A stretch of DNA of 63,722 nt, the filler included, from Lenisia limosa (Eukaryota > Protista > Breviatea), in NCBI GenBank assembly GCA_001655205.1. It is 11 parts of 11 records of this genome, joined end to end, with 100 filler letters (N's around TTAATTAATTAA, not from the genome) between each part and the next. Parts side by side here need not be neighbours in the genome. Positions count along the whole stretch, not along the records: positions 1 to 5,619 come from LPNZ01007449.1; positions 5,720 to 19,916 come from LPNZ01007584.1; 9 more parts are not named here. One strand, 5' to 3'. The translations under genes and the position numbers were made by a program. Under the pieces are notes generated by a model, which was not told the origin of the DNA, searched no databases, and was given only the letters and a program-made list of their open reading frames with translations. Positions 1 through 13,300 of the stretch are shown here, piece after piece. Each line of letters begins with the position of its first letter. Positions within the stretch are counted from its first letter, which is position 1.

Positions 1-111
1 AGAAGGGATTTCAAAAACCAGGAAATCACAACGTAGGGTTTTTTTTAACAAAACAACAGACCCCCCACCCCAATATGGCAAGTCACGTGACATATCGGCG
101 TTCCCAACATA

Positions 112-3100
112 CCAGAAATTAAGATCCACTTCAGGCGAGAGTCTTTGAGCTCCTCTGTGAGTTCTTCATGAAGAACAAGGAGCTAGCTGGGTAAGAAGGA
201 CAAGGAGCTAGCCAGGTATGAAGAATACGCGATAAAACGTAAATGCTTTACTTCTTCCAAAAATAGACTGAAATGCTCGCTCGAAAAATCATCGATATCA
301 ATCGATATGTTATCGGTCTTTTCGGACCGAAGGGGAGGTCTAGATGTTGGGGGTAATAAAAATATATGATTTTACTTTTAGGTGCGTATAATTATGACTA
401 TTCTTAAAAACACAAGGTGTTCTAAAAGTACAGGGGAAACAGAATATCAAACAATCAGAAAAATGAAGAACCCACCTCTCCAAAAAAATATACAGGAACT
501 TCGAACATTCCGAAATTTATCACTATTTGAGCATTTTCTCCCACCTCTCCCGTGAAATCCGATATTGGCACAGTGGTGACTACAGCGAGTTGTAAGTTGG
601 TGCTTTCATCAACCACTGCAAAGGCCTGGGGTGGTTAGATACATGTACATAAATACATGTATCAATAATACCAGGGAAAGAAAAACACCAAAAATATTAA
701 TATTTATCGGGGATTGATAAATTTGTGAGACAAGGAACCCCAGGTTTTCTCCATCAACCTACTGCAGTGACCCATTCGCCGTGGGCAAAGGCGACTCCCG
801 TGTCCAAACATGCAATCAAAGGCTGGCCACTAGCACACACAAAAGCTGGCTCGACTGCCTACACCAACCATTAGAAAGTTGGAATGATGATCAGAGAATA
901 CTGGAGGAATAACCATCAGGAGGAATTAGAAGGTTGGAATGATAAGGTACAAATATGTGTTATTTCAGAGTTTTGTTTCTCTTTTGTCCTAACTGAAAAC
1001 ACCCCTCGCACGTATGTTCTCAGCCAACAGAGTTGATTTATGTTTTTTTTTGTTTCATAAATTTTCCAATTTTACTCCCCCCCCCCCCCCNNNNNNNNNN
1101 NNNNNNNNNNNNNNNNNNNNNNNNNNNNNNNNNNNNNNNNNNNNNNNNNNNNNNNNNNNNNNNNNNNNNNNACGTCAGCGGAATATTGGACTCCTTGATG
1201 TTGAAGAACACATGGATCAAAGCTTGTCGCAAGTTTGGCTCGGTCAGCTCCAGGAAAGGAATCTGGGGATGTGATGGGAATTTGGGGGAGGGGGGGGATT
1301 TTGCTGGTAATATGAAGGGATTTTTATGGTAATATGAAGGGATAATGGGGGTGTGAAGGAAACATGATGATGTAAAAAGGATTTTGATTGATTTGGTGGT
1401 GTAAGGTGTAAAGAGAATTTCACTCAAAGATGAAATTACAAATTTATAGCCATCACAACAACAGTATTACGAGAGAACAGGAAATGTTGAAATGTGGCAA
1501 TATTGCAAATAATTCAAAGCAAAAACGACGCAAATATGAAAATATAATAACACTATGACATGAGAATCTGGATTATTCCAACTCACCTCAGCGGGCAATG
1601 GAGAGAGCTCAGTGATACCGCGGACAGAAGCTGCAATAACCTGGGGGTGTTAAAGAGAAATAACCTGCGGGGTGAACAGAAGTAACCTGGGGGGTGACAA
1701 AACAAGAAGTAAGCTTGAGAGCGGTCTTGCTCCAAAAATCAGTGGTACTCGTGATCTTTCACTCAAAAAAATAAAGAAGTAAAAAATGGATACTGCAATT
1801 AATACCCCACTCGCATGCACCAATTCGGTACCAAAAAGGCCGGTACATTATCGATAGTTTATCGAAGATATATATCTATTATATAATATCAAGAAATTCA
1901 GTCATTTTTCGAACTACAGTGAAGCCCTGCAAGAACCCACCCCCCAACCGATCCTCTCATGTTGGTAATGGCCACAATGGCATTCTCCGTGAACTTCACA
2001 AACTGAAAAATCAGTAAAAGAAATCAGTTAAAGGAAATCAGTAAAAGGAAAATGGTTTGGGGGAGGGGTGGGCACCAAACTGATGAAAGATGATGTTCGG
2101 AATATGAAAAATGATGTTCAGAAGATGAAAGATGATGTTAGATGATGAGAAAAAATCCTAATGTAATCTTTCACCTAACACCTTCTTCAATGAATTCAAA
2201 TTATTTCACCTTTGGGAATAAAATTTCGGACCTTAGATTATAATAAATTTGCTGTAAAAGGATACCGATATCAAACCAAGTATCTTTGATAATGAGGGCT
2301 CAGTTCAAGATTAAATTGAGATAAAGGTCCCCCTAACATCAACATGTTCCTCGAGACGTGAAAGAGTCAAGGAAACGGCAATGAACGTGGGGTGGTCAGC
2401 AGGACCTAAAACATCATTTCTTCAATAAAGCGTGGCTGATATTATATTAGTAGTGTATCATATGTTGAGATGGAAAATAGGTTGTATCTGGCTGAAGCCA
2501 TCTACACCATCAAGCTTATATGCAATATTGGATTTGTTTGCCTTATATTTTGTACACAAAGCTGTCTAATAGCCTTTAGTAAGTACCATCTATCAAGTGT
2601 GAAGACTAGTATAAAAAGATATGATGCGTAGGGTTTCACTTCGGTCCAATAAAAGACTGAAAACATTTTTCGACAATCCTTGGTCTTGCCACAATGATAT
2701 GCATCGGAGCATTTCCATTTTGGTATATCCACTGCCACTATATAAATGGACACTTCAACTATCTATCTGCAAGTGTGTTCTCGAAACGACTGAGGTACAA
2801 TCAAATAAATCTGTCAAGTTCAGCCCAAAATAGTCATTGTTCTGACTTACAAGATATTACTTAACACTATCGCTCCCACCAACTCAGGGGGGTTGGAAAA
2901 GCAGGCTCGGATAGAGAAATGGCAAAAGGAGGGTCCCGTACCGTCTGAAAAGTGAGATGACGTCACGTGATATGCTCAGCTCATGTTCCCCCACTATGCT
3001 ATTTACGACTACAACTCCAGTACTCCCCCCACTGTGACCATGATATCTGTTCCGACGCTACCGGTTACCCAGGTGTAAAACTCGGGGTTCCAGATCTGAA

Positions 3101-5284
3101 GAAAATGACAAAATGGGTAAAAACTAAGGCTTCACTTTGGTTCGAAAAAGACCGGTAAAATATCGATATTTATATCGAAAATTCAGCTTTTGGACCCCAG
3201 GTTAAGCCCGTGAATAAGAGAAACATTGTAAAAGGTTTGCAATTATAGGGAATCATTCACCGCCTACCAGCCTGCCGATTCCTTTAGACGTTCCAAAAAT
3301 ATACCAGGGTCTACATGGGAGGTGAGAGGAAAACGGAGACAATTTATTTCTTAAATTCCGCGGCCATCAATAATTGGATATTGTATTGATGATAGATATG
3401 ATATAATATTACATGACATGAAATGATATGAAATGATATGGAAGATAACTTTTGATAGTTGCCATAAGATACCACATTGAATAGGGAAATAAAAGCCAAT
3501 CACTCAACAGCCCAAGTCCCTCCCACCGTTTCTCAAGATTGTAGTCTAGAATCCCTTTAGTGGATATGATTGTCCCTTCATCATTGAGTCGAAATATAGC
3601 TCGTTCGTAGATCTGGGAGAGTAGAAAAATTATGAAACAAAAAAAGCCCAAAATTAACTCTAAAACCGTGATATGTGTGGGCGCTGCAATAATAGATAGG
3701 AAATATAAGGACGAAGTCGCCACCATCATGTTTATTACACTACGGCGCATCGACTTGGGATTCCATTGTAAATAATGGGAATTCCAACTTTCTCCTACGA
3801 ATCCCAAGTCAATGCCATTTTGACGATTGAAAAAGACGATGCAAAGTGATCCAAACTTTGTATCTGATATGCTCATAGAAGGACTCACCTTCAAAGGGGG
3901 GCAAACTGAGCACCCTGCTGGGGGAATTACCTTCCCACTTCCATCTCTAGAGGGGTGAGCTGAGATAAATGTATAATGACCAGGATAAGTCTTGACCGAT
4001 TTTCCTTGGGAAATCACATTGCAAATCGATCAAGCCTTATCCTGGTCACTGTATTTATTTTTTTGTAAAAAGACACTAATAACCCAAAAGGCAATACCCA
4101 AAAGGCAAGGCCTCTTTTTACGCTGAAACGAGAAAGCCCAACTTACAAGGTATGCACATTAGTGCGATTAATGTAAGTGATCCAGAGGTCTCTTGCCCCG
4201 GCGTCCAGGTCAAGCGCAATCATCGTATCCCCAGATTCAATATTAATCCACCCCAGATCTGGGTTACGCGCTGCCACCCTATATTGTCAATATTGGTTGC
4301 TCAATTGCTCTATATTGTTAATCGTGGTTGCTCAATTGCTCTATATTGTTAATCGTGGTTGTTCAATTGTGGACAGATAGAAATGGTAATAGGCCATATA
4401 AATCTCGGAAAGTAATATTTTATGTATATGGTGGTGATATAATACATATTATATACTATATTATACTAATACTGGATAGCTAATACTCAACCAGTCATTT
4501 GCCAGAACAAAAGTCTTTCATGCAGTAGTGTGTTTAAATAGTTTATTTCAAGTAAAGAGGGACGAAACAATGAAAGCAACATAAGTACCCAAGTGTAATA
4601 TCATAAATGTGTTTAGAGACTAATTTAGTTCATTTGAGCTCCAAAAAAAAAGAAAAAAAAAAAATCCTCTTTTGAAATATATTGTTAAGCAAAACAAAAG
4701 GGGATCAAGTACCAGGCTTAGCAGGGCTTAGCCCCACAGAATGCCAGGCTTAGCCCCATAGAATGCCAGGCTTAGCCATATAGAATGCCAGGCTTAGCCC
4801 CATAGAATGCCAGGCTTACCTCCATAGAATGTTAAGCGTGAGGTCGAAGTTTGATGGGTCTCCAGCACCATGTTGAAGACTGTCAAAAAGGGTCTCAAGG
4901 GATACCCTGCTTCTCTGGGGAGGGGGGGTGAGAATGAAAAACACAGGAAACAAATAAGACCAAAAATCAATACTACTTGAAGTAATTAATCCTTAAAAAA
5001 GAACAAATTTAAAGTATACTATATAAGCCACTCTAGAATTGAAAGAGGGTTAAAGCTGTCCATTTACCTCAAAAAATGACTTTGTAGTGTCTCGTACCGA
5101 TTTTGAAATACCCTCATTTGACTGCAAACAGTTAGACGATGCAAGACAAACAAGCTATTCAATTACCCCCCTCCCCTCCCCGCAGCAGACATGTAGGATT
5201 CTTGTTATGATGGACTCTTCGCACACTTCATGACTTTTTCTCTCCGCATCAACTGACGAAGAAAATCCGCCATAAGCCAAACCG
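112..5284 (-). CDS. Multi-exon hypothetical protein with PAS-like segments (partial; possibly more than one gene)
   Basis: Phase-compatible minus-strand exons include SRVSLETLFDSLQHGAGDPSNFDLTLNILW (~4820-4910), VAARNPDLGWINIESGDTMIALDLDAGARDLW (~4180-4285), IYERAIFRLNDEGTIISTKGILDYNLEKR (~3525-3613), PADHPTFIAVSLTLSRLEEHVD (~2335-2405), FVKFTENAIVAITNMRGS+VIAASVRGITELSPLPAE+IPFLELTEPNLRQALIHVFF (1172-2003) and LHEELTEELKDSRLKWILIS (~112-190). The PAS resemblance is by eye only. Confidence 0.45.
3974..4051. mobile_element. MITE family F (~50-80 bp, CAGTG ends, TA TSD; Tc1/mariner-like)
   Basis: TGACCAGGATAAGTCTTGACCGATTT...AAATCGATCAAGCCTTATCCTGGTCACTG|TA; other copies at 22089-22139 (TA|CAGTG...GACTG|TA), 27409-27490, ~22570-22640 and ~20165-20235. 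Confidence 0.75.
4712..4832. repeat. 22-bp tandem repeat spanning a splice donor
   Basis: Unit GCCAGGCTTAGCCCCATAGAAT x~5. On the minus strand the first unit is the real junction ATTCTATGGAG|GTAAGCCTGGC; later units carry GCTAAG. Confidence 0.85.
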
Positions 5285-5619
5285 NNNNNNNNNNNNNNNN
5301 NNNNNNNNNNNNNNNNNNNNNNNNNNNNNNNNNNNNNNNNNNNNNNNNNNNNNNNNNNNNNNNNNNNNNNNNNNNNNGTCGTGAATCTAGGGTGTGACGG
5401 GCATGCCGCAGCCGGAGAAGATCGGTGCACTTCACCAGACAATACCCTACCAAAAAACAAGACAAATTATTCAGTTTCATTACTCATCAACGCAAAACGC
5501 CGCATCCCTATGGTCTGAATTTCTCGATAAATCCTCGATAAATATCGATATTGTAACGGTCTCTTTTGGACCGGGGAAGCCCTAGCTATAACACCCACTC
5601 CCCCCATGTATACATACTA

Positions 5620-5719
5620 NNNNNNNNNNNNNNNNNNNNNNNNNNNNNNNNNNNNNNNNNNNNTTAATTAATTAANNNNNNNNNNNNNNNNNNNNNNNNN
5701 NNNNNNNNNNNNNNNNNNN
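5620..5719. other. Artificial scaffold-joining spacer (44 N + TTAATTAATTAA + 44 N), first of ten
   Basis: The same 12-mer, which gives stops in all six frames, is centred in 44-N flanks at 5664, 19961, 32445, 37819, 42296, 44349, 46808, 51510, 55658 and 61957. The window is therefore 11 concatenated scaffolds. Confidence 0.97.
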
Positions 5720-5733
5720 CCCCCCCCCCCTAG

Positions 5734-8700
5734 GACTGGGCTTATTGGCTATTTCGGTCCCGAGTTTTCGAGCCTTCCCGAACGTCAAACCGAAATTGGC
5801 CGAGCAGCGTTGTGCTGGGCTGACGTCACTGAGGTGTACCAGGCGATCCTCAAAATGCCTGATGCCACACGTTGGTCGGGAGAAGCGGGAATTATGGTGT
5901 CACTCCATTGAAAAAATCTTCTTTCCTTGTGTTTTTGTTCGTCTGTTAATGTCTATCTAGTTATTTGTAAAAAGAACGTTCTGTGTTATATACTCTACCA
6001 AATTAACTAAAATGGTTCCTAGAGATGTTTACAATATTTCATTTGGATTCCCATGTCGCTGTTTTATGTTCTTCTTGGGAAAAACTATCAGAAACGCCCT
6101 GCCTCATTTAAATTCTTTTTTGATTGATCTGTTATTAACTGTTTTCAATTGACTTTTCTGAGTGCACAGGGCCCGAAATCCCGCTGCCCCTGCCGAGACC
6201 CGAACTTTTGGGAGACGTTGAGCAGCTCAAGGACCAAGGAAACGAGCACTTTAAGGTTGCGGGGTGTTCTGATACCTGAGGCCTCCCACCACGGATATCA
6301 GGGAGGTTGTGTTGTTTTGGCGTTTTTATTGATTTGGTGATTTGTTCCAAATGATGACCACGCTGGTTTCTTGCATGGCTAGTTATAGAGTGCTGAGGGG
6401 TCAATGGAATCGGAAGGCCGTTGGTATCCCGTTGTTGGAAATAAAACACATGACTATGTTTTTACCGACAGAGAGTCAGCGTGGAGAGGATAGGGGGCAA
6501 TGCGATGTAGCTAACGGTGCGACTTCTCACTTATTCTGTAACCAAGTCCATAAGGCTTTTGGTCAACAAAAAAGGGATTTGACGTGGCTTACGACATCAG
6601 GTAGAGACCGAGGCTTATAGGCGCTCGGGCCTTTCTTCTTCCTCCTCATTTTCTTCGTGTTCAAAAAAATTACTAAATAAATCACTCCAACATTAGAGAT
6701 TAGCTTGAATGGAAAAAAAGGGGGAAATCACCAAGCAATTATCAGTCAGTTTCCGCTTTTACCGGCCATTCAATTGGCCTATTTGAACTTAATGTTTGAT
6801 ATACTGACGATTCCAGGCTGGACAAATGGAGGGAGCAATTGAGAAGTACCTCAATGCTCTGAACCTATCCGTTATGGGAGGTGGGGGGTGATTTTTTGGG
6901 ATAAGAACAGTTTGTTGTATCTACAAGAGCATATGTCATGACTAATTGATTCAAATTATATTGTCTTCTGGAACCATACATTAGTAATACTCAATATTAT
7001 TTCAGCTTTGTTAAAGTTAATTAATTCGTAGTTACACGGTCAAAAGTGCTCACCAACCTATGCCAGTGCTATCTTAATACTCAGAAGTATTCTCTGGTAA
7101 GCTTTCAATTGGTGGTGGTTTTTTTGGGCTGGGGAGGCACTCAGAAATCTGTGTGCACAGGGTTATAAGGCAAATAATTGGGTGAATCAATATTATAATA
7201 CTATAATCCATTATCTCTTCTCAGCGTGATGGTGTGGACGGCTTCAGCCGGGTACAACCTTGTTTTATTTCTCATCTCTATCTATCCTGTCGTGTTTTGT
7301 TCAAAAATCCGGTAATCGCAGTGGGCTTGATTCTAAATATTAGCGAGACTCTTGCGGTCATTCCCAACACAAAACTCATAATGCCCAATCTCACCTTTCC
7401 CTTCAGGCGTTGGTGGCGGCAAGATTAGCGCTACTCACCAAACTACCTTCAAATATCCAAAAGAAAACTCTGCGGCGACTTGGTGTGAATCCGGATGTTA
7501 ATAGGCTTAAAACAGGGTGTTTCTAACTACATGTAATACTCTTAACTTAATCGTTTCCACCCGTCCTTAGCTGACCCTCCAGCGTCATGCTTCTTAGCTC
7601 TTGGTCGGCCTGCTCCTTTCGCTGCCGTTTCGCCCCAGCCAGGTTGGCTGAGTTACAGCAACAATCACAAGCATTGTTCTGCACCCCCATAACATTGATC
7701 TTGTTATTCTTGTTATTATCTTTTTTTCTTGATGAATGCTGTCATCCCCTAGATTTATTTGCTATATGTCTATTCTCAAGCTCTCCAAATAAGCTCAACA
7801 CGCAGGGCCGGAGGCAACATCCGCTTGGATATTCCGCAGTGTTCTGGCTTCTAATGTGAGAAGAGTTCAAATGTAAGCATCTAACTGGGTTTCAGAATAG
7901 GATGAACGATCAAAAGATCTATTTGGGCTTTCTTTTGAAGAATATACTAAGATTGAACAACGAAACGCCCGTATCTCCATTCTCCACATTTCCCTTCACA
8001 ACTCAGCTTTGGGTCTCCCTTCCCGAACCAAATGGCCTTCAGCCGCATGCTCATGGACAAGGAAGAGGGACCGAAGCTCAAACGCCTTGTGCAACAAACT
8101 CAGAACGTAATCAAGAAGCACATTTCGGTTTGCTGGGAGAAAGCGTAATCTGTGTGCAAACTTGATGCAAACTTCTGTCTGATTTTGTCACTTGGTTTTT
8201 TTAACTCATTAGAGATTGGATATGAGCTATTCCTACTCTACGATAAAGGGGCTTTTTTATTCATCTTGGATCTCATGATCTTTTTAATTTCACGCTTGAC
8301 AGAAGTCCGAAGAGGATCTGGAGATTGAGGCGTTCGAATGTTCCGGTGCGGCCGTGTCTGGAATGGACGTGACGTATTCCACTTTGCAGTCCATGTGCTT
8401 CTCCGTGTTCTTCAAGTGGGCTGCTGGACTCTATTATTAGTGTAATATGCTTGACCACTTTGATCATATTCCCCTTCAGAACAATCGGTCAGTATTTGCC
8501 ACGTGTAAATGAATTACCGCCACAATCACCTGCATTGTATTACCTGCGTCCAATACCACATTCCTAACTCGTCATGCCATCATACTCGCGGCTATCAAAT
8601 TATATCCTCATCCATTATAATCCTAACCTATCATGTTGCTCACTCAATCAGGACGGTGCCAATAGTTTCGTCAATAACGAGCTTTGGTGGAAAGGGCTTC

Positions 8701-10257
8701 GAGGCTGACGCAAACGAAATCATGGACAAACTGTACGACGCTCCTGCTGAGTGGAAGGTGAGCGAAACAAACTGTAAATTTTACACCGAAGTAAGTTTTC
8801 ACATCTATAATCAAATTAATTTCACTTATTTTTTTTTACGTTTTTTTTAATCTATTTGAAACAACAATAACTTCTTGATTTCCTTCACTGTCACAGACCT
8901 GGACCCCACCCGTGATTTCGGACTATATCGACTCTCCCGCAGCCGACCACGACGACTGGGTTGATGCCATGGCTGCCTTGTATCAACAAGCTGGTGGGGG
9001 CAAGGGATGGCAGAGGTTCGGGTTGTTACTGCTGTGAATTTTTGGATCAATAAGAGATAGAATCATCACTAGAGTTGAATGCTTTCATTCTATTGCTGAA
9101 TGCTTTGTGTGTCTTTTTTTCCTTGAGAATAATTGAAAAGGATGCCTGCCGCCTTCAGTGTCTCCACATCACAAGGATTCAATTTTGGTTCCGGGCAACA
9201 GGGATGATGCGTTTGATGTGGGAAGCGGAAAGTAATTCTTCTGAGAAACCCCCCTTTATAATGAGCAAATGTGCATAACAATTTACGTGATTAAACTCAG
9301 AACCAACCTCAGTTAACAATACTGAGTCTCATCATTTCAGGATGTCAAAAGCATAACTACGGTACTCCCTTCAAATGCACAAAAGGAGAGGATCAGACAG
9401 CTCCTTTCACCCCAGCAGGTATGAAGATACATTTCAAACCACTCAGACTCGCTTCTGTTAATCTCAAGATTTTTTCTACTTATTCTTGAAGTGTGTTTTG
9501 CTTTTCTTCTCCTGACCACATTGACTTAGTTTTCTTTATTTGAAAACCGTCTATTTTTAAAGGTTCAATATTTGAACATTCACCTCAACTCTTTGTGACT
9601 TCTTATTGCATATAAAAAGAGATCATTTTTTTACAACAAATTGATGAGAGTTCTCTAATAAAAACAGGACGAGGAAGAAGTTGACCAACTCCTCGATGAT
9701 GAAGTGTTGAGTATCCCAGAGCCCTCGACCATTATTGGAAAATGCAACCACATTCTGTGCGTGAGAAGAAGAGAATAAATATGGTGTTGGTCTATGGTAT
9801 CTTGTAATATACTGTACACTAGTTTTATTTTGAGATGAGTTACATCGAAACAAGAACGATATTTAAATGGTTGAAGATATTTATCTCTTGGACCAAATCC
9901 AAGCGTATTATAAACATACAAATTGGGCCAAGCTATCCAACCTATTCGCCGATAAATAATGTAATATTGATGTTCAAACTACTAATACAAAAAACAGAAT
10001 ACACACTTGTTCCTATCGTACTACTAGAGGCTCCTACAAAATCAGACTAATTTGGATGTGAGATGAGCCGTGAAACAAAATTGCTCATGTTGAGGAATTC
10101 AAATATTATTACATTGTTATGCAGGGTCCGATTGGTTGCCCATACCAATATGATAAGATCAATAATTCCTATTGGTGCCCCAGATCCCCACAAACACATC
10201 AAGTACGCTATACCTCTTGTTTTCCATATCCATTGGATCGAAATGGTTGGGTCTTAA
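5734..10257 (+). CDS. TPR-repeat protein (5' partial; 3' half may be a separate gene)
   Basis: Spliced exons give VEQLKDQGNEHFK|AGQMEGAIEKYLNAL..|RSKVLTNLCQCYLNTQKYSL|ALVAARLAL..KTLRRL|ASCFLALGRP, three canonical TPR helical hairpins (6170-7650). Further GT-AG exons lie at ~8000, 8650, 8900, 9340, 9667 and 10126; the stop is TAA at 10257. Confidence 0.7.
7205..7281 (+). repeat. Dispersed ~70-bp hairpin-containing repeat (family D)
   Basis: Consensus TATCTCTTATAAGCGTGATGGTGTAGACGGCTTC(A/G)GCCAGATACAACCTTGTTTTATTTCTCATCTCTA; copies at 41528-41600 (+) and 2462-2532 (-), partials at 20017, 32160 and 38307. Confidence 0.8.
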
Positions 10258-10381
10258 AAGGTGAAAAGTCAAAAGGTTAGAGAGTTGCAATCAAACCCCC
10301 ATCACCACTACAGTTCTTTTACATTAATATGAATTTCATCATAATGCCCCTAAAAAAATCAGAAATCCCCCTACGATGGGG

Positions 10382-13300
10382 TTAAACTTGGTGTCCGTCT
10401 TTTTGCAACTGGAAATGTAAAATAATAACTCTGGAGTGAAACTTCATAATGATACACTTCAACTCAAAAATTCACCTTTTTCACTTATTTCTATACTATC
10501 ATGTTAAATAATACGTTTAGAAGTTAAACTTGGAGCATCTACTTCCCAGAAAAAATGATTCGATCAAATACTTACCAATTGGGGATAGCATAGTACGTTA
10601 ATAAAATCCCAACACTCGGACCCCCCACGATCACTGCTTGATGCGGTGACTCGACTCAGCACTGGAGAATCCATTACAATAGTCAACCCATCAGCAAACT
10701 CGCCATGGTTACCGTGCACGTCCATTTCCCGTTGCTTTGCCTGAAGAGAAGGGTCAGGATTGCAGCACCATTTAGAATACCAAATACACTACCATTTACC
10801 TTCAGTTTTTTGGACTTCATATTTTTTGATCGGATAGTTAGCATTACAATTGATCCCAAAACCACTAATAACCCAGCAAAGATGACTGTGGTACCAATTG
10901 CTGTGGTGATTTGTTCAAATGTGTTGATAAGTTCTATAACTGTTAGTATTTTTCGTTAAATACACATCAAATGGTGGCGTGAGTATCCTGACAAAAAAAA
11001 ATATCAATCACTATATTAATTTTCCAACTAGCTTACCTCTTTCGGCGCTTATGGACTCAATATTATCTTCTTCAGTTAAATTGGATGAAGAAGCTGATGA
11101 TGAATCTAGATCTGGTGGGGATCTGCTTCCAACTGAAAACATTAATTTCCCAATATACTCATATACATTTTCCGTGATCCCAAAAATACTAAACAATGTC
11201 ATAATGACATCAGCATACCCGGCGTGCAAGAATCATAGTGATCACAGAAGAACCATGATTCCTGAACCAGTTAAAATCTATTCATAGTATAAAAAACCAA
11301 TAAAGAGTAGAATTTGGTTTGAAAAGACACCTTGACAAAAAAACTGTAATTATATATAGCAAGATAAACATATCATACACAATGTGTCTATAATACGTGA
11401 ACTGTCTTCACCTCAAGCATTACTCCAATTCTTCCAAAAACAACATGTCACTTATTGCGTAAAATTGTCTTTAATGATGAAAACAAAACGATTATCTTTC
11501 TTTTCTTACATAAGGAGAGTAGTCCATTGTAGCTGCGTTTCGAACCTAATATAATAACCTTATCACAATATTTTCCAACTCAAAATGAGAAGTGCCCAGC
11601 AACAACCTACAAAATACACGTTAAATTTGGCATCAGTAACGTTTGGCTGGGATGGTACCATATTCGAGTCGTAGACAACCTGATTTCCCTCACTGTCCAT
11701 TTGCACTTTCCCACTGTATGATTAGACAATATATGACAGTGTTGGTTGTGTGTAGTTACAATAGTCATTTAAATTACTCAAATATTTTGTTTAAACCCTA
11801 AAAACGTGACAATAAGCGAAAAAACTTCCAAAATTGGAACACCCTCCTGAGTTGGGAAAATGAGAATTTTAAAAAATTTACCCGAAGTTGTTTCATATGG
11901 AAAACTACCCAGCGTAATGATCCAGAAGGTCATTTAGATTAATTACGCAACTGTTTCAATTGTTTGCAAAATAAAAAAGAACTGAATCATCTTAAAGAAA
12001 ATGTACACAGCCACTCGGTATTTGACTTCTTAAAGGCATGTATTATATGTAGCTTACAAGTGATATTTATAAAGTAACAGTAAAACTTGGCTATTCAATA
12101 TGTTGTATACATAAACATCATTAGAGTTAACTCCAACTCACTTACTTGTAATACGAAGACCAAAGATTTTCAGTTGTCAATCCCAGGGTCTCTGGAACAA
12201 CATGTGTGACATTCATTAAGAGGAAAGTCTTAATGTAAACATTCAATGACACGCGACTGAAAGAAATTAGACATTTATATTATGTAAGCAGGACTCTATG
12301 TAATAACACAGTATTGAAAAACAAACTGGTACAGAATCAATAATTTATAACTCTCATATTATAGAGAAATAATGTGTAATTTGAGAATTGTCATTATTAA
12401 ATAAGCTTGGTAAATTGTTCAACATCATACCCCATAACTCCTCCATAGCCTGAAGGAACATTGAGCCTGGCACAATCAAGGATTGAGTTTTGGAGCTGGG
12501 AGTCCACTCTCTGAGTGAAACTCCAATAACCCAAGGCGCAACCAAGGTAATTGTCCTGTTTTTATTAAGCTCGTTTGATATGGAAACCAATTAAATATAG
12601 TCCCATACCCCTGTTAAATTTGCTTGAATTTTGATGTTGTTAGCGAAGATATTCCGAAGCATTCCCGACACCCCTCCAATACGCCGGTAGCCGTGTAACC
12701 TAAAGAGATTATGATAGGTTTTGCAACGTGAATTGTGCCATTTATGCACTTTAATATCATATTACTGATTTACTACTTGTAATAAGAAACGTAAACAGCA
12801 CAAGTGTTAATTCTGAGTAAAACTAATTACATGATTGAATAGTATATAAAACTATCCAAGTTTATCTCCACTATTTAAAGCACAATTATCCCCTTACATT
12901 GCTTTGACGTGTACTCGGTCTAGAACAACTTCCTTGCCTGCACCGATAATACCGCCCACCTGTAATAGTGTTAGTCAATATCAAATGTTGTACCATAACC
13001 ACCACTTACTCTATTCTTAGAGTAATACTCAGTTATTTAGAACTACCACAATGATATGATGTATACTATACATTCAGCGACTGTGGTAAGAGACCGCTTT
13101 TATCATATTTACCTTGAGGGAAATCTGTCAAGATTTTCTTTGGTTAAGGCATATTATGTCATTAGACTGAAATAAATTGCAACTGATATTTATCGTATAT
13201 AAACTCTGACTCCATGTTCACATAGGTTGCGTTAGTGTTGAGAGCAGAGCTCACTACTGTTCCAGTAACCTAAAACAGTAAAATCACAATGATAAATCCT

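Noticed and set aside
4712-4832. CRISPR-like array
   Set aside because: Units are contiguous with no unique spacers, the context is a eukaryotic intron, and there are no cas genes.
5664-5675. Recurrent palindromic TTAATTAATTAA as a biological repeat
   Set aside because: Always centred in exactly 44 N on each side; it is an assembly linker. Any operon-like or cluster interpretation across linkers is invalid.
10120-11230. Seven-TM (class C GPCR-like) C-terminus for the GLUG protein
   Set aside because: The extra hydrophobic segments in the ORF track come from intron read-through; phase-consistent splicing gives one TM and a short tail.
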